This document shows positions 49,342-58,396 of a stretch of DNA of 64,000 nt, piece after piece. This DNA comes from an uncultured Actinomycetota bacterium. Its GTDB lineage: Bacteria > Actinomycetota > Acidimicrobiia > Acidimicrobiales > Bog-793. Position 1 is the first letter of the stretch, and each line of letters opens with the position of its first letter. The position numbers and the translations under genes were made by a program. Where the stretch lies: the NCBI GenBank assembly GCA_963754255.1, contig CAVWEW010000008.1, forward strand, positions 462,757 through 526,756, given 5' to 3'. The notes below the pieces were generated by a model. That model had not been told where the DNA came from. It saw nothing but the letters and a program-made list of their open reading frames with translations, and made no database searches.

Positions 49342-50582
49342 GCCGAGCTCCCTTTGTTCTGGATCACCTTGTAGATGTCGAACATCGGCAGGTACATCGC
49401 GATCACGACGGCTCCGATGCAGACGCCCATCGTGACGATCAGCAATGGCTCGAGCACCGACGTGAGGCTCTCGATCGTCGTGTCGACTTCGTTGTCGTAG
49501 AACTCGGCGACCTTCTCGAGCATGGCGTCGAGGGCACCGGACTCCTCGCCGGTCTCGATCATCTGCGTCACCATGCGCGGCATGACGTCGTACTGGGCCA
49601 GCGTGGCGGAGAGGGCCTGGCCCTGGCGGACCCCCTCGCGCGCTCCCCGCACGGCCTTGGCGATGATCTCGTTGCCGGCCGTAGAAGCCACGATGTCGAG
49701 GGCCTCGATTATGGGCACGCCGGAGGACAGCAACGATGACAGGGTGGCCGTGAACCGGGCGAGAGCGACTTTGTGCGTGAGCGCCCCGAATACGGGCGGT
49801 CGCATCTTGAACGCATCCCACTTCTCCCGGCCGAGCGGCGTCTTGATCCACTTCCTGAACAGAACAATCGAAAGGACCGTGACAGCGATGACCACCAGCA
49901 GCCAGATGCTCGCCATGATGTCGGAGATGTCGATGACGATCAGGGTGGGGAGTGGCAGCTTCGACCCGAGAGACGTGAAGAGGTGCTTGAAGATGGGCAC
50001 CACGAAGAGCATGAGCGCCGTGATTATGACCACCACGAGACTCATCACGATGGCCGGGTAAGCCATGGCGGAGCGGATCTTGGACCTGAGCTCCACTTGC
50101 TTCTCGAGGGTCGTGGACAGCTTCAACAGCACGATGTCGAGCGAGCCGCCCACCTCGCCGGCTTTCACCATGGAGATGTAGATGGGAGGGAAGATCTTCG
50201 GGAGCTTCTCGAGGGCGGCCGACAGGAGCGTGCCCTGCTCGACATCGGACCGCACTTGCAGCATCGCCTCGCGCAGGGGCTTGGACTCGATCTGGTCGGC
50301 GAGCACGCCGAGCGCCCTGACGAGCGAGAGCCCGGCAGCCACCATCGTGGCCAGCTGCCGGCTCATCAACGCCACTTCCTTGAGCTTCACGCGGTCGCTC
50401 AGCCCGGGGATGTTGATCGACATGTTGAAGTTGACGCCGGCGATCGGCTCGATCTCTATCGGAGCAAACCCCATGTCTCGTAGCTTCGCCGCCACGAGTG
50501 CCATGTTGTCGGCCTCGAGTCGACCCGAGATGAGCTGCCCGTCGCGGTCGCGGACTTTGTAGTCGAATGTGGTGGCTGCCAT
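49338..50582 (-). CDS. pilC: type IV pilus platform protein PilC (GspF family)
   Basis: 414-aa ORF with two GspF repeats, three hydrophobic segments, and a typical N-terminus (FDYKVRDRDGQLISGRLEADN). Confidence 0.95.
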   Translation of the reverse strand: MAATTFDYKVRDRDGQLISGRLEADNMALVAAKLRDMGFAPIEIEPIAGVNFNMSINIPGLSDRVKLKEVALMSRQLATMVAAGLSLVRALGVLADQIESKPLREAMLQVRSDVEQGTLLSAALEKLPKIFPPIYISMVKAGEVGGSLDIVLLKLSTTLEKQVELRSKIRSAMAYPAIVMSLVVVIITALMLFVVPIFKHLFTSLGSKLPLPTLIVIDISDIMASIWLLVVIAVTVLSIVLFRKWIKTPLGREKWDAFKMRPPVFGALTHKVALARFTATLSSLLSSGVPIIEALDIVASTAGNEIIAKAVRGAREGVRQGQALSATLAQYDVMPRMVTQMIETGEESGALDAMLEKVAEFYDNEVDTTIESLTSVLEPLLIVTMGVCIGAVVIAMYLPMFDIYKVIQNKGSSA

Positions 50583-50607
50583 CAGTTGGCCCCTAGTGCT
50601 TGCATTC

Positions 50608-52366
50608 TCAGCCCCTCAGATGGTCGCGGAGCTCGGAAGGATCGTGGCAGCGGTCGTATGCGACCGCCTCGGAGATTCGGCCGGCCTTGACGGCCCGGGC
50701 GAGGCCCTGGTCCATCGTCTGCATGCCGATGGCTGATCCGGTCTGCATCAGTGAGTAGATTCTGGTGTGTCTTGGCCGAGCGGATCAGGTTGCGGATGGC
50801 CGGGCTGCACACCATCACCTCCGCCACCGCCACGCGCCCGGCGCCCTCGGGGTTGATGATCAGTTGCTGGGTGACGACCGCCTCTAGGCAGCTGGCGAGC
50901 TGAATCCGCACCTGGCCCTGTTGCGCGTTGGGGAAGACGTCGATGATGCGGTCGATCGTCTGGGGGGCGTCCTGTGTGTGGAGGGTGGCGAAGACGAGGT
51001 GGCCGGTCTCGGCCGCGGTGAGGGCGGTCGAGATCGTCTCGATGTCCCGCATCTCTCCCACGAGGATGACGTCAGGGTCCTGGCGGAGCACATGACGCAG
51101 CGCCTCCGAGAAGGATTCGGTGTCCGTGCCGACCTCGCGTTGGTTGATGATGGCGCGCTTGTGGGAGTGGAGGAACTCGATCGGATCCTCGACGGTCATG
51201 ATGTGAAGCGCCTTCGTGGTGTTGATGATGTCGACGAGGGCTGCGAGCGAGGTCGACTTGCCAGACCCTGTCGGGCCGGTGACGAGGACGAGCCCGCGCC
51301 GCAGCTCGGCGAAGCTGGCCACCACGTCCGGCAGCCCGAGCGCGTGGAAAGGGGGGATGGAGTGCGGGATGGCTCGCAGTACGGCACCGACGGACCCGCG
51401 CTGCTGGAAGACGTTCACCCGGAAGCGGCCGACGCCGTGAATCATGTGGGCCGCATCGAGCTCCTTCGTCGCCTCGAATCGCTCACGGTAGTTCTGCGTG
51501 AGGATCCGGAAGATCATCTCCCGTATCTGCTCGTTGTCGAGGCGGGGGAGGCCCTCGATGGGGCGAAGTGACCCGTCGACCCGGATGGTAGGCGGAAGCT
51601 GGTTGGTCAGGTGAAGGTCGGAGGCGCCGCACTCCACGGCATAGGTCAGCAGGGAGTCGAGGTCGAGCTCCGGCACCACCGGTTCATCCGGCTCCACGTC
51701 TTCCACACGCTGCACGTCGCTCCGAGAGGCGATGCCCCCCTCGGGGTAGACAGCGACCGCTCCGGCCCCTGGGGGAGGCGGAGGTGGCGTGCCGCCGGTA
51801 CGGGCGCCGTTCTTTGGAGGTGGGGGAGGAAGTGCACCCGCCGGATCGTTGTCGAGGGGGCGCCAATCGACCGGAGGCGCCGGCGTAACTGCAGCACCGT
51901 CGGCCAGCCGGGGGAAGACGGCGTCCATGATCCGCCCGATGCCGGTCGGGTCGGCCAGCACGTAGCCGGATACCTCGATCCCGAGGAAGCCGGAGAGCTG
52001 CCTCATCACCTCGGTCGAGAGCGGCTCGGCGCTCGCCAGCGTCAGGCGATCGTCCTCCAGCCTGAAGCCGATCGCCCCGTTCTCCCGGGCCACCCTTTCC
52101 GGCACGAGCCTGAAGGCCTCCGCCATCGGCCGCGTCTCGAAGATGTCCACCGTCTTCGCCCCGGCGAGGCCGGAGAGCTCGGCGAGGATCAGGCGGGCGT
52201 TGGCCAGCCGTTGCTCGACGAGGAGCACCGCCACCGGCTTCGACTGCTTTCCTGCCTCGGTCAGTGCCTCCTCACCTGCCTCGCTCGTAACGACGCCTTG
52301 CTCTATGAGGTGAGCGACGAGGCGACGGGACCAGTCAGTCGCTATTCCGGTACGTGCCAGGCTCAT
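50608..52366 (-). CDS. PilT-type retraction ATPase carrying an N-terminal GspE-N/MshEN-like domain; apparent +1 insertion near 50761
   Basis: ORF 50582..52366. The core is PilT-like (SDLHLT...GRFRVNVFQQRG, GPTGSGKST, TVEDPIEF, QREVG, DPDVILVGEMRD, AAETGHLVFATLHT). Residues 1 to about 150 resemble the T2SS-E N-terminal domain. After ..AKTHQ the frame decays, while the canonical end (IYSLMQTGSAIGMQTMDQGLARAVKAGRISEAVAYDRCHDPSELRDHLRG, stop at 50608) is in the adjacent frame. Confidence 0.85.
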
Positions 52367-54857
52367 GCGACCACCCGAATTACCTCTTCTAGACTTGTCA
52401 GGCCGAGCGCCGCCTTGCGGAGACCGTCGTGACGCAGGGGAATGGTTCCTTGCTCGACGCCGATCCTCATGATCTCCTCGGCTGACGCGGTGGCCGTGAT
52501 GGCCCGCTCGACCTCTTCACTGACGATGAGAAGCTCATGCAGCGCGATGCGGCCCCGGTAGCCGGTCCGGCCACAGGCCTGGCAACCCACCGCTCGGCGG
52601 AATCGGGATCCGCCCTGGGTGGGCGCATCGCTGTCGTCCCACCCGACGATGGCGAGCTCTTCGGCCGTCGGCTCCTGTGGCTCGTTGCAGTTGTCACACA
52701 GCTGGCGGGCGAGCCTCTGGGCGACGATGCAGTCGAGCGCCGAGGCGACGAGGAATGCCTCCACGCCCATCTCGACCAGGCGCATCGGCGTGCCGGCCGC
52801 ATCGTTGGTGTGCAGGCTGGAGAGCACGAGGTGGCCCGTCATGGCAGCCTCGACGCCCATGAGGGCCGTCTCCCGGTCGCGCATCTCGCCGACGAGGATG
52901 ATGTCCGGGTCGGCCCGCAGGATCGAGCGGAGGGCACGGGCGAAGGTCAGCCCGGCCTTCGGGTTGACCTGCACCTGGTTCACGCCGGGAAGCTGGTACT
53001 CGACTGGGTCCTCGACGGTGATGAGATTGCGTTCGGGGGAGTTGAGGGCGTTCAGCGTCGAGTACAGGGTCGTGGACTTGCCGGAGCCAGTCGGCCCGGT
53101 GATCAAGATCGTTCCGTACGGCTTGCGGTAAGCCACCTGGTAGCGGCGATTGACTTCCGGCAAGAAACCCAGATCGCTCAGATCCATCATGGCGTTCGTC
53201 TTGTCGAGTATCCGCAGGACGACCTTCTCCCCGTGGACGGTCGGGAGCGTGGCGACGCGAAGATCGATCTCCCGGCTACCGGCCGTGAGCGAATCCGGCC
53301 GTCCTGAGGGATCCGGTGCTCGGCGATGTCGAGGTTCGCCATCACCTTGAGCCGGGTCGTCACGCCGCCCTGGATCGACTTCGGGGAGCGGGTGATGTCG
53401 TGCAGCACGCCGTCGATCCTGAAGCGGACACGCAGGTCATCGGCCGCCGGCTCGACATGGACGTCGGACGCCCGTTCCTGCAGGGCCTGGCGCAGGATCA
53501 GGTTGACGTACTTGATGATCGGGGCGTCCTCGACCACAGCGTGCAGGTCGGTGAGCTCGAGCGTCGTGGCGCTGAGCTCGGCCGCCGACTGATTGGCGAC
53601 GGCGCTGCGGGCCGCATTGTCGGCCTCGGTGTCGTGCCTGTACATGCGGGAGATGTAGTCGGTGATCTGACGGGGGCTCGAGACGACCGTCTCCACGCCT
53701 CGGCCGAGGACCGTGTGCAGGTCGTCGAGGGCGAACACGTTCGAAGGATTCGCCATGGCCACGATGGGATGTTCGCCCCGGAAGCCGATCGCCAGCAGCT
53801 GGTGGCGCCGGGCCATCGTCTCGGGCAGCAAGATGATGGCTCTCGAGTCGATGGGGAAGTCGTTCAGGTCGACGAATTCGAGGCCGGCCTCATCGGCCAT
53901 CCAGCGAATGAGGTCCTCTTCCGAGACGAGGCCCAGCTCTTTCAGGATCACTCCGAGAGAGCGCCCGGTGGCTGCTGATTCGCGCAGAGCCGCCGCCATC
54001 TCCTCGGTCGAGACCAGCCCCGATGCGACGAGCACCTCAGCCAGTGCCGGCTTGGCCGCCTGCCCGGGCGCCTCCCCCTGCTCCAGGGCCTCGACACTTG
54101 CCTCGGTGCCGAGAGCCTCGGCTATGACCTCGAGGGAATCAGCAGGCTCTTCGGCTGTGTCGGCCGCCGCTTCGGCTACCTCGCGCAGCACCTCGTCCAC
54201 CGACTCGTTGACGACCCGCTCCGCCTCAGCTGCGGCCTCGGCTGCCGCCTTGACGTCCGGATCGGTGCCGTCCAGGTCGTGGCCGGCATCTACTCGGGTG
54301 GCCTCGCCTGCTTGGCTGACCGGGTCGGAGTTGTCCGTGCCGGCCCGGCCTACTTCAGCCGGGTCGACCCCATTGGCGTAGCTTGCCGAACTGGCGGCCT
54401 CGGTGGGGGCTTCCTCCTCCCCGGGCGGCTCGATCGCTGGCGGTGGTACGGCCGAAGTTGCTATTTCCGGACCGGCGGGCGCCTTGCCGCTGCCGTTCGC
54501 CGGCCCGTTCGCCGGCGCCTTGACATAGGCCCGCTCGATGAAGGTGTCCACCTGAGACTGGGCGACGACCACGGCGTGGATGTCGCGACCCACGGCCGTG
54601 CGGACGTCGTCCATGGCGAGGAAGTTGTCGGGTGTTGCCACTGCGATGACCGGCGTTCCGTACTTCCAGCCGATGGCGAGAGCGTGGTAGCGGCGCGCCA
54701 GCGGCTCGGGCAGCAGCCCGGTGGCGGCCCGGTTGACCGGGTAGCGAGTGAGGTCGACGTACTCCAGGCCGACCTGGCGGGCGAGTGCCCGGGCCTGCTC
54801 GACCTCGGACCTGCCCGGGCCGGTTCGGCCGGGACGATCCTGCTCCACAGTGCTCAT
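52363..54857 (-). CDS. pilB: type IV pilus extension ATPase PilB with duplicated N-terminal GspE-N/MshEN-like domains; apparent 1-nt deletion near 53289
   Basis: ORF 53187..54857 has two N-domains separated by an acidic Ala-rich linker, then ..HVEPAADDLRVRFRIDGVLHD...AEHRIPQDGRI. The frame of ORF 52363..53190 continues it (LTAGSREIDLRVATLPTVHGEKVVLRILD, GPTGSGKST, GEMRD, tetracysteine CDNC...CQAC). There is an ATGA overlap with the next gene. Confidence 0.9.
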
Positions 54858-55065
54858 ACTCCGGGGCCTCTTCGCCCGGCGCGGGCGGTGATCCCTACGA
54901 GGAGGAAGGGTGCTTGCCCCTGCTCTGCGATGATCACCCTGTCGCTCCCGTCATCCGCGAACCGTCGCGGGCTAGCCCCGCTTTCGCGCTCTCTGCGTTT
55001 ATTCCACTACTCAGTGTAGTCTACGAACGGTGGCCCGGCCCGCGGGCCATCATGTCGAGGTCTTG

Positions 55066-55853
55066 ATGAACGTCTCAGAGACGCATGCCGCCGTCGTCGT
55101 CATCGCCGGCCTTTTCGGTCTCCCGCTCGGCTCGTTCGCCGGTGTGGTCACCGATCGCGTGCCTCGTTCCGAGTCGGTCGTGCAGCCGCGGTCACATTGC
55201 ACGAGCTGCGGAAGGACACTCGGAACTGGCGACAATCTTCCGGTGGTCTCCTACTTGTTGCTGAAGGGTCGGTGCCGTGCCTGCAAGGCGAAGATCCCCC
55301 CCGGGACTTCACGATCGAGATCGCCACGGCGCTCGCCTTCGCCGCCCTCGCGTGGCGCCTCCCGACGCTGTGGGCCATCCCGTCCTACTGCGCCCTTGTC
55401 GTAGGCCTCGTGGCGCTGTCGGCGATCGACCTCGAGCACCAGCGACTGCCGACCGCCGTGCTGTACTGGACCGTCGCCGTCGGCGCGCCGCTTCTCGTGC
55501 TCGCCTCTGCTCTCTCCCACCGCTGGGGCAGCCTCGTACCGGCTCTCATCGGCGCCACTGCCGGTTTCCTCGTCTTCTTCGGTATCTGGTTCGCCGTGCC
55601 GCGGGGATTGGGCTTCGGAGACGTCCGCTTGGCCGGGCTGTGCGGCGGGTGGCTCGGGTGGATAGGGGCATCGGTCATCCCGGTCGGCTTCCTGGCGGCT
55701 TTCGTGCTCGCCGGCGTGCCGGCAGTGGCCATGGTCGTCACGGGCAAGGCCAACCGCAAGACGAAGCTCGCCTTCGGGCCATACCTGGCTCTCGGGACTG
55801 TGGTGGCGATCTGCTTCGGCCGGACCATCGCCCACGGGTGGGCATCGGTCTGA
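55066..55853 (+). CDS. pilD: prepilin peptidase (A24 family) PilD, apparent frameshift in a C7 run at 55296-55302
   Basis: ATG 55066 gives MNVSETHAAVVVIAGLFGLPLGSFAGVV...CTSCGRTL...CRACKAKIPP (the zinc-binding N-domain). The frame of ORF 55197..55853 continues it (DFTIEIATALAFAAL...SAIDLEHQRLP...GLGFGDVRLAG...), containing both catalytic Asp motifs. Confidence 0.85.
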
Positions 55854-55935
55854 GAGCCGCTTCCTGCCCTGCGGCTGGGACAGGCAGTTCTGCGGCAGGG
55901 GAACCGAGTCGGCGCGGACATGCGTCCTGCCGGCG

Positions 55936-57033
55936 TCAGCGGGCGCCGCTCGGGATCAGCCCTCGTTGCTGCAGAGCGACTCGGAGGTCGTGCGGGTTCG
56001 AGGACGATTCGGTCGCCGCTCTCAGGTCGATCACGCCCTGCTCGAGCAGGTTCACCAACGACTGGTCGAAGGTCTGCATGCCGTAGTACTCGCCCTCCCG
56101 GATGACCTGGGCGATGTCGGCACCCTTGGAGGGGTCGATGATCGTCTGCTGGATGCGACCGTTGACGATCATGACCTCGAGCGCAGGGACACGACTTGCC
56201 CCGTCGGAGGTAGGCACGAGCCGCTGGCAGATCGTCCCCTTCAAGGAGCCGGCCAACGTGATCCGAGCCTGGCGGTGCTGGTTGGCGGGGAAGAAGTCCA
56301 CGATCCGGTTGATCGTCTCGACGGCATCGACTGTGTGCAGCGTGGAGAGGACGAGGTGGCCCGTCTCGGCGGCCGAGAGGGCGGTGGCCACAGTCTCGGG
56401 GTCCCGCATCTCCCCGATGAGGATGACGTCTGGATCCTCCCGCATGGCCGAGCGGAGGGCGATGAGGAAGCCCTGGGTGTCGAACCCCACCTCGCGCTGG
56501 CTGATGGAGGCCATCTCGTCTCGGTGGAGCACCTCGATCGGATCCTCGACAGTGACGATGTGGCACTCGCGCGTGTGGTTGATGTGGTCGATCATCGCCG
56601 CCAGCGTCGTCGTCTTTCCCGATCCGGTCGGTCCCGTGACGAGCACGAGCCCGCGCTGCTCGTCGGCCAGGCGCCGCACGGCCTCGGGCAGGCCGAGGGC
56701 GTCGAAGGACCTCGCCCCGGACCTGACCAGACGGAACACCAGCCCCACCGAGCCGCGCTGGCGGTAGGCGTTCACGCGGAAACGCCCGAGGTCCAAGATG
56801 GCGTAGGCGAAGTCCGCCTCCCAGGTGTCCTCGAACTTCTCCCAGATGCGCTCCGACATGATGTCTTTGGCGATCGCTTCGAGATCTGCCGGTTGCGGGC
56901 CCTCCGCGTCGGTCAGGCGGGTCAGGTTGCCGTTCACCCTGATGCGAGGCGGCGATCCGACCTTGAGATGCAGGTCGGAGCCGTCGGCGGCCGCCAGGCG
57001 ATGGAGTAGGAGATCGAGGTCGGAACGATTCAT
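55936..57033 (-). CDS. pilT: twitching-motility ATPase PilT (canonical length)
   Basis: ORF 55936..57291. I moved the start to ATG 57033 (MNRSDLDLLLHRLAAADGSDLHLKVGSPPRIRVNG). It has GPTGSGKTT, TVEDPIE, QREVG, DPDVILIGEMRD and AAETGHLVLSTLHT. Confidence 0.9.
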   Translation of the reverse strand: MNRSDLDLLLHRLAAADGSDLHLKVGSPPRIRVNGNLTRLTDAEGPQPADLEAIAKDIMSERIWEKFEDTWEADFAYAILDLGRFRVNAYRQRGSVGLVFRLVRSGARSFDALGLPEAVRRLADEQRGLVLVTGPTGSGKTTTLAAMIDHINHTRECHIVTVEDPIEVLHRDEMASISQREVGFDTQGFLIALRSAMREDPDVILIGEMRDPETVATALSAAETGHLVLSTLHTVDAVETINRIVDFFPANQHRQARITLAGSLKGTICQRLVPTSDGASRVPALEVMIVNGRIQQTIIDPSKGADIAQVIREGEYYGMQTFDQSLVNLLEQGVIDLRAATESSSNPHDLRVALQQRGLIPSGAR

Positions 57034-57276
57034 GGGATCGCGGCGGGCGGCTGCGGGGAGGTGGAGGCGGAATGGGGGCAGACCCCGAAGGTCGCCCGCT
57101 CCGCCGATCCGAACAATGCTCTCACGTAGAGTGACGTTACCATCACACAGCGGATGGAAAAAACCGGACCAGGTTCCCGTTCGTCGTGCGTTGGCACGCA
57201 ACGACAGCCGTCTATCGTCACCTGATCGGAATAATAATCTGTTTCGATTCTCAGACAGAAACGGCATGATCATGCC

Positions 57277-57684
57277 ATGACCCCCACTCAATCCGCAGCC
57301 GCCTCGTTCGCGGCGGGGAGCAAGACCGTGGGAGCGACCGGCGCTGCAGAGGGGTACGGGGTGGGGTACGTGTCAGATCTTCCTGCAACAGACTTTCTCG
57401 TTCTGGATTCGTGCCACAGCACCTGGCTGTTCGACATTCCGGCCAAGCGGTTCCGCCGCATCCTGAAGGGCCTCGACGTCGACCCGGCAGTGGCGGCGAC
57501 TGACTGGCGGAGCTATGACCGCCTGGAGCTGTCCGAGGGCTCCGAGGCCTTCGTGGTGCTCCTCAACCCGGCCGGCACGCGACGCATCCGGTCGTGGCGC
57601 CACGTGGACGGCTGTGAGCAGTGCGAGGGAGAGCAGACCGTCGAGTTGTCCCTCGAGGAGATCCGGCGGCTGTCGCATCCCTGA
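57277..57684 (+). CDS. hypothetical protein
   Basis: 135-aa ORF with GC-rich third positions. The sequence ..FLVLDSCHSTWLFDIPAKRFRRILKG...CEQCEG.. has no family I recognise. Confidence 0.5.
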   Translation: MTPTQSAAASFAAGSKTVGATGAAEGYGVGYVSDLPATDFLVLDSCHSTWLFDIPAKRFRRILKGLDVDPAVAATDWRSYDRLELSEGSEAFVVLLNPAGTRRIRSWRHVDGCEQCEGEQTVELSLEEIRRLSHP

Positions 57685-57718
57685 GGGGTCGCCCAATGGC
57701 CGGCCATAGGGTGGAGAC

Positions 57719-58228
57719 ATGACCGATCAAGACGGAGGGACGCCGACGAGCGAGCCCACAACTGCTCCGGTGGAGGTGGTCACGGCGGGACAGCCGGACG
57801 GGACGGCGCCGGCAGAAGTGCTCGACGCGGTCGAGAAGCCGGCCAAGGTGATGCGGATCGGCTCGATGATCAAGCAGTTGCTCGACGAGGTCCGCCATGC
57901 GCCTCTCGACTCCGCCAGCCGGGCCCGCATGAAGGAGATCTACGAGACCTCCGTCCGGGAGCTCGCCGGCGGGCTGTCTCCGGATCTGGCCGCCGAGCTC
58001 GACCGGCTGGCTCTGCCCTTCGAGACCGACATCCCGAGCGACGCCGAGCTGCGCGTGGCCCAGGCCCAGCTCGTCGGGTGGCTGGAAGGGCTCTTCCACG
58101 GCATCCAGGCGACGCTGTTCGCCCAGCAGATGGCCGCCCGCACCCAGCTCGAGGAGATGCGCCAGCGGGGTCTCCCTCCGGGATCCCCCCGCCCTGAATT
58201 CGAGCCGCGGCCGGGCACCTACCTCTGA
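57719..58228 (+). CDS. bpa: bacterial proteasome activator Bpa/PafE family protein
   Basis: 169-aa ORF. The blocks EKPAKVMRIGSMIKQLLDEVRHAPLD and PSDAELRVAQAQLVGWLEGLFHGIQATLFAQQMAAR closely match mycobacterial Bpa as I recall it. The C-terminus GTYL parallels the GQYL proteasome-docking motif. Confidence 0.8.
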   Translation: MTDQDGGTPTSEPTTAPVEVVTAGQPDGTAPAEVLDAVEKPAKVMRIGSMIKQLLDEVRHAPLDSASRARMKEIYETSVRELAGGLSPDLAAELDRLALPFETDIPSDAELRVAQAQLVGWLEGLFHGIQATLFAQQMAARTQLEEMRQRGLPPGSPRPEFEPRPGTYL

Positions 58229-58396
58229 CGACCGAGCCCCACGGGCTCGGGACCTCAGCAGTCCGAATCCGCCTCCGTACGACCGGGCCCTCTCTGCGGC
58301 CCGCCGTGGCGCGCTATGGTCGGTCAGGCCGAAACGACAGTGATGTAACTCGTCCACAGCTGTGGAAGAAGCCTGTGGACAGGGGGTGGACCGGGA

